From the NCBI GenBank assembly GCA_033442325.1, contig JAWQFM010000009.1, positions 1,229,863-1,272,959 of the forward strand: a DNA stretch of 43,097 nucleotides, written 5' to 3'. Position numbers and translations under genes: made by a program. The notes under the pieces are model-generated. The model worked only from the letters and a program-made list of their open reading frames with translations. It did no database searches and was not told the DNA's origin. The DNA comes from Salpingoeca rosetta. Taxonomy: Eukaryota; Protista; Choanoflagellata. This document shows, in pieces, positions 37,149 to 43,097 of the stretch (its first letter is position 1; each line of letters opens with the position of its first letter).

Positions 37149-38719
37149 CACGTGCGGGTAGCCGAGGCGGCAAAGGAAGCGACGGTCACGGCAACATTGA
37201 GGGAGGAGATGGTGGTGAGGCCAAGCTGGATGGTGTACTCGACCTGGCACCAGGGGCCGTGCAGCAATGGAGGGATGGTGTTGGCAGCAAGGCGCAACGA
37301 GGGAAGGCGCACACACAGAGGGGAAGGACGGAAACAAAGGGCGGAGAGAGAGACACGCGCATGCACACACAGCACATACACACACAGAGGCACAGCACAC
37401 AGACACGCAGCACACAGCACAGAGACATACACGACACCTTTTGCACAGCGTTGATGCAGTGTTGGGTGGATGCGTTGTAACGGATGGTGCAATCACCATC
37501 TCAACCACCTGTAAAGGCAAAGCAAGGGTGGGAAAATGCCATGCGAGGTCATGTGAGGTCATGTGAAGTCACAGACAATGAGACACACACACACACCAAA
37601 CACTCCTCACACACAACACCCACACCTCCCCACACACACACACACACAGACACAGACACAGACACAGACACAGACCCCCCCCCCACACACACACACAAAC
37701 ACTTCCATAAACACTTCCACACACTACACACACACAACACACAACACCACATCAGTTCCCACTTCCTCCCTCCTCCTTCCCAAGGTCTCGACTGACTGTA
37801 AGAGATTTGGATGTTGGTTGTGATGCCTGTGTATGTTGCAAGGACCGCGGCGTCTGCTGGGACCGGCACATCAAGGTCGCCGCCAGGGCTGCACATTGCC
37901 CGAACACGCTCGGCATCGTCTGCCGCTGGGATGATGCGGGTGCACGTGCCTGGCGCAGACGCAAAGAGGCGCGTTGGATTGCGTGGTGCGCACACCCCCT
38001 GCAGCGTGTCGGCGGGAAAAGGCAGCGGTGTGAGCGTCGTGCTGTCCTGCGTGATGTACACGATCGCGCCATACGTGACGTAAAAGGGGAAAGGGTCTTG
38101 GCGTGGGATGGTGTTGCGTGGCGGAATGAAGATGGCCTCCTCCGGCGTGTACTGCAGCGTCTCGAGGCTGAAGGATATGGGGTGGGGGCGTGCAGCGTCT
38201 GCGAATGCCTGGAACGCGGCGTCATTGAGCGGCGTGCGCGGCTCCCTGAAAGAGATGCGGTCATTTGTGTTGTCGACCAGCACGCACGCGATGCTGCTGC
38301 CCTCTGCTGCTTGGATGGCCTGGTTCCTGCCCTCGTTGGTGACGAAGAAGTCGTCGTACACGCACCTGCGCAAGGGCTTGATGTCTGGCGTGTTGCAGTA
38401 GGCAAAGCGCACTTTCACCAGCGTCGTGCATGACGGATCACAGCAGCAGCTTGCGTCACACTCCGCCGTTATACTCAGCAAACGAGGCTGCGCATGGATG
38501 TCGGCTCCGCACCTGCGCAAACGCGGGTGTTCTTGTTGTTGTTCAAGTTGCTGACAGTGCACTTGTTAAGTTGCTGGTCGTCGTCGGAAGAGTGATGGTG
38601 GTGGTGGTGTTCTGGGCAGTTGCGGGTTTAGCCATGAGCACAACAACAGCAGCAGCAGCAACAGCGACAAGAACAGCCACCACAGCACCTCTGCGGCACA
38701 TCGATGCACGTCGAACCAT
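37149..38719 (-). pseudogene. Tectonic-like 5' gene fragment, copy 2, disabled
   Basis: Signal and Thr-rich leader MVRRASMCRRGAVVAVLVAVAAAAVVVLMAKPATAQNTTTT. A small deletion removes CPCDL, leaving ITAECDASCCCDPSC. The remaining domain is open in ORF 37549-38562. Confidence 0.7.
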
Positions 38720-39238
38720 GACGCTATGACGAGCCCATACGGAGACAAGACAGAGACAGAGACAGACAGACCGCCAACGACAGTTACGCCCACAGCAAAG
38801 CAGACAACTGCTGTTGCCGAGGAATCATGTATATCATCATCATTTTTTCGCCTGTGGTTTGCCATTTTTCCTCGCTCGATTTTTCAAAAACGAAACACCA
38901 CCAGCCAGCAGCCAGCATCAACATCAACCACCGCCCGCGACAAGACAATCGCAGACACTCAAGATGACAGCCGGGCAGGCTTCGACACCGGTGAGGCCAT
39001 CTGACAAAGTGTGGTGGGCGATTGAGGGCTGAGCAAGCGATGTGGGGGGGGGGGGGAAGGGAGACACCCAACGTGCCTTGCAGCGCACGCAGCGTGTGCA
39101 ACGGTGACGGCCCAGCATCACTTGTTGTCGAAGCACTTGCCTGCTAGCACAAATGCGCGCGCTTTTTGTTTCTCACACGTGTACGCACACACACATGATG
39201 CACGATGCAAGGGAGAGGATTCAAACAACAGTACCGCA

Positions 39239-40082
39239 ATGTCCACCGCTCAAAAGAGGAAAACCAAAGAGTCTGAGCTCATGACAAGCCTGTCGACAAA
39301 CGACGTGAGTTATTGTTTGGGTTGTGTGCAAACGTGTGGCGATAGCTCGAGAGGGCGCGTGTATGAGTGTATGGTTATGTGGTGCATGTACATGTGCGCA
39401 CCTGTGTATGTGTGAGTGTGCACCTGTGTGTATGTTTACGTTTGTGTATATGTATGTGTGTGTGCATATGTGTGTGCATGTGTGTGCGTTTGAGTGTGCA
39501 TATGTGTGTGTGCGTGTGTGCACTCGGAAACCATCATCAACACCCTCTTGGCGCCAAAATTGTCTACGTGCACACCAGCCATAATCTCACTTTGTGGGCA
39601 CCTGCTGTACCTTGTTCAATCGACTCGCCCTCTTTCCTTTCAGGCTGGCGTTCTTGCGCGCGCATATTTGCAAGCAGCAATGAAAGAGTACGAGAGCCTT
39701 TTGGGGGGCACTCTGCAAGACTGCAAGCGATCATACCGCGCCTTCGCCGAGCAGATCAGCACAATTGCAGGCCGGCATGGGATCGAAATCGGTTCAACCG
39801 GCCCTCTCGACAACGCACCCAAGGCAAAGAATTATGTCGACAGCATGCTGAAGCAGCCCTACACGGAAAACATCAAGAACCTGCTCCAGCAAGTCCGCAG
39901 TGTGCTGGATGAGAAAAAGACGCCGACGCCACAGGTGCCCTTGAAGGTTGCGGAAGGGTTCCTTCTGGAGCTTGACAATGTGACACGCAAAGGGCTGTCC
40001 GAAGAGCAACGGCAGTTTCGACAAGGTGCGCCTGTCTCACTCAGCCTTTCATGTGCGGCTGCGTGACCAAATGGGCTGATGC

Positions 40083-40152
<70 letters not shown>

Positions 40153-41162
40153 ATCGGTGTTGTTAGATTACTGCGAGCAGCCCTGTGCATGAGCACCCTG
40201 GTTGACTGACACGTTGCTTGCGGGTTGTTTTGAACTCATACTTGCTGTTTGGTGTGGTTCGTGGCAGATTTGGAGTCAAGCGTAACCCCCAGCAGCGCTG
40301 CCAAGGAGAAGGAGAAGGACAAGGATTCGGCCCACAGAACAGTCTATGCGCAGCCGTTCTCTGCCGAGCTCTTCTGCCCCGACTGGCACCTGCACTACGA
40401 GGGGTTTCAATTGGCAGTCGACGAGGGGTTTCAATTGGCAGTCGACGAGGGCACAAACACGGGTAAGGTCATTGTCGAGCATGTGTTTGCTTGCTGTGTA
40501 CACGTGTACATGTGAGCGTCCTTTCCACGAGAGAACGTGACATGTGTGCGTGTGTGTGTTTGTGTGTCGGTGCTGATGCATGGTGGTTGAGTCTTTGGCG
40601 CTCGTGCGCGGGTGTGCTGGCACTGGAAGGGAATACCTCTCTGTCGCTCACACCGACGCTGCACCATGCACGCCCACCGCACTGCAGACTTTGACTTTCA
40701 CGTTCCGAAGCGAGAGACGCGGTTCAATGACAGGATGAACGTGCCCCTGATCAAGGCGTGTGCTGGCGCAGCAGTGTACGTCAAGAGCCACGCGTCCTTT
40801 GAGGCCGACACCGCTGTTGTCGCCGACTATGTTGTGCAAATGGCCTCAAATCTTGACTTCTATCCGCTGTTGCTTGAGCTCAAGATCGATGACAGCAAGC
40901 AGACGCAGGATGCTGCCAAGGCGCAGGTGCTGGAGTACGCATCACGGGCCATCAAGTCTGCGGGACCGAAGTGGCGTAAGTTGAAGGGGTATTTGTTTCC
41001 CTTTGCCATCACCGTCTGCGGGCAGAAGGTGTCCGTGTACGCGTGCACGCTGGGCGATGAGGTGCACGGCGACGAGGCCTTTCCCAGTATCCTCCACACA
41101 AAACTTGGCGACACCGACGTGAGTTGCCACCACATGTGCGAACAGTGAAGGAGGGTGTTTGC

Positions 41163-41215
<53 letters not shown>

Positions 41216-42983
41216 CACACATGATCCTGCACGTGCACCCGTGCAGTTGCTGTCGACTGGCTGCTGCCTTGTACACTGCTAGTTGTCGTTGGACGCTGCG
41301 CTCACATTGGGTTCCTCTGCTGTGAAATCCAGTTGAACCGGCTCGGGCATGTCATTAAGTGGCTGCTTGACGAAGAGCACATGGCGCATTACGAGAATAT
41401 TGCCGCCATTGCCCAGGTAGCCGTTGCAGGAGTGATTTGATGCCCACTTACTCTGTTGTCTGCTTGTCTTCTTGCTGTCTTGCTCGCCTGCTGTCTTGGT
41501 ATTCTGCCATCATGACACACCTCGCACACACACACACATACACGCACACATGTTGTGTACGTGTGTGTGTGTGTGTGCGGCGCCCTCGTGTACCGTCTTT
41601 CTTTCGTTCAACAATCAACAATGATACTCACCTCCACAATCGCACGTTATCATACACAATCACACAATCACACAATCACACAATCACACAATCACACAGG
41701 GCCGTCTCACCGTCATTGATGAGAACCCCGCCGGTCCCACACCACCAGCAGCAGCAGACAACGGCAAGGAGGAGCAGCGTCAGCGTGCAGACGCCGAAGC
41801 AGCACGGGCGAAGTCTGCCAAAGTTGCCACGAGATACGAGATGTGCGTCTACAAAGGCGGCAAGGAGACTGTGTCGGTTGCATTGGTGAACAACGAGGTG
41901 TTGAAAGTGTGCGGCGGCCACCGCATTGGCGCTCCTGAAGATGAGAAGGCTGCCAGCGATGAGGAGACTGCCAGGGATGAGGAGGCTACCAGCGATGAGG
42001 AGGCTGCCAGCGATGAGGAGGCTGCCAGCGATGAGGAGGCTGCCAGCGATGCGGAGGCTGCCAGCGATGCGGAGGCTGCCAGCGATGCGGAGGCTGCCAG
42101 CGATGAGGAGGCTGCCAGCGATGAGGAGGCTGCCTGGGAAGAGGAGGCTGCCAGGGAAGTGAAGGGCTGGCAACTGCTCTATCCACACAAGAAGGTGAAA
42201 GTGTACGAACGGTCACGCCCCGTCTTTGCCTGTCCCAATTTGTCACAGAAAAGGAGCAAGCGCAAGAGCAATTGCAAGAACAAGCGCAAGGGCACCAAGA
42301 GCAAGCGCATCAAGAGCAAGCGCACGGACATCAAGGGCACAGGCATCAAGGGCACGGGCATCAAGGGCACGGGCATCGACGACGGGCAGGCGCTTGAGGC
42401 TGCGGCTGAGCACCTCCTCCGCTTGTCGAAAAGGGATCTATGCCACTGCGACATCCGATCTCACAACATCCTGCGCAACGGCTGCATCGTCGACTTTGGT
42501 TTCCTCAGTGGCCCTGTCAGTGACCCTGAAAAGAAGAAGAAGAAGAAGAAGAAGAAGCTTCCTCCTTCCTATTACACAGCGCTGCGGGAGCGCCCTCGCA
42601 AGTGGCTGCTTGGAAAGGCAACGGACTATTATCCAGAAGTTGTTCTGGATTGGGAATCGCTGCTGTTTTCGTACGTGTTCTGGTATGATTCTGTTGCCAA
42701 CGCCATGTTCCGGCTGTTTCAGGGCAAGGTGATCCTGCTGGAGTGGCTTGACGCCAAGCTGGACAAGCTGGACAAGGACGACAAGAAGAAGGAGACAGCA
42801 GCGCTGCAGGACAAGAGCGACGACGACAAGAAGAAGGAGACAGCAGCGCTGCAGGACAAGAGCGACGACGACAAGAAGAAGGAGACAGCAGCGCTGCAGG
42901 ACAAGAGCGACGACGACAAGAAGAAGGAGACAGCAGCACTGCTGCGCAACATTATGCAGCACATTGCTTGCGCGTACTTCTAA
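39239..42983 (+). CDS. PD-(D/E)XK nuclease + protein kinase fusion, copy 2 (exons 39239-39304, 39644-40025, 40268-40462, 40688-41118, 41333-41416, 41700-42983)
   Basis: Same motifs as copy 1 (VADYVV, LLELK, AQVLEY; VLKV, HCDIRSHNIL, DFG, DWES). All indels versus copy 1 preserve the frame. Confidence 0.8.
41940..42155 (+). repeat. Coding 18-bp tandem repeat x12 (DEEAAS) inside the kinase N-lobe of copy 2
   Basis: gatgaggaggctgccagc units; absent from copy 1. Confidence 0.95.
42777..42943 (+). repeat. Coding 45-bp tandem repeat (ETAALQDKSDDDKKK), about 3.5 copies; about 2.5 copies in copy 1 (~32215-32335)
   Basis: Direct repeats are visible in both DNA and translation. Confidence 0.9.
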
Positions 42984-43097
42984 ATGGAGTGCGCTGCGTG
43001 TGGTTGTGTGTGTGTGTGTGCTGTGTGTGTGGGTGTGTGTGGGTGTGTGGGTGTGTGGGTGTGTGTGGGTGTGGGTGGGTGTGTGTGTGCTGTGTGT

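Larger units (their letters stand above)
33979..43020. repeat. Segmental duplication, copy 2 (may extend past the window end)
   Basis: Colinear paralog of 23627-32420. Confidence 0.95.

Noticed and set aside
41940-42155. Regular short repeats as a CRISPR array
   Set aside because: Head-to-tail 18-bp coding repeats with no unique spacers and no cas genes, in a eukaryotic context.
23627-43020. Duplication as a pure assembly artefact
   Set aside because: The copies differ by many frame-preserving substitutions and indels and have a unique spacer. Some single-base indels in the secreted gene may still be sequencing errors.

Overview
Eukaryotic, intron-rich, GC-rich DNA with (CA)n/(TG)n microsatellites in nearly every intron. 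The style fits a choanoflagellate such as Salpingoeca; this is an inference. The left half (1-22 kb) has an intronless bZIP factor with an atypical basic region and three head-to-head gene pairs: an MRS2/CorA Mg2+ channel with a bacterial-type D-amino-acid aminotransferase, a tandem-PDZ/coiled-coil scaffold with an unknown 4-TM protein, and RABGGTA with a histidine phosphatase. It also has a 186-N gap next to a possible solo LTR. The right half is a tandem duplication of an ~8.8-kb block (offset ~10.4-10.6 kb, boundaries in microsatellites). Each copy carries three things: (i) a secreted cubilin-NTD-like/coiled-coil/fibrinogen-like gene, (ii) a disabled 5' fragment of a tectonic gene, and (iii) an intact spliced gene fusing a PD-(D/E)XK nuclease to a protein kinase, a Crinkler-like effector architecture. 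The two nuclease-kinase paralogs have hypervariable coding patches and in-frame repeat expansions, while much flanking DNA is nearly identical. This cassette is the best candidate for an undescribed system. Exon boundaries were inferred by eye from GT-AG sites and reading-frame continuity.
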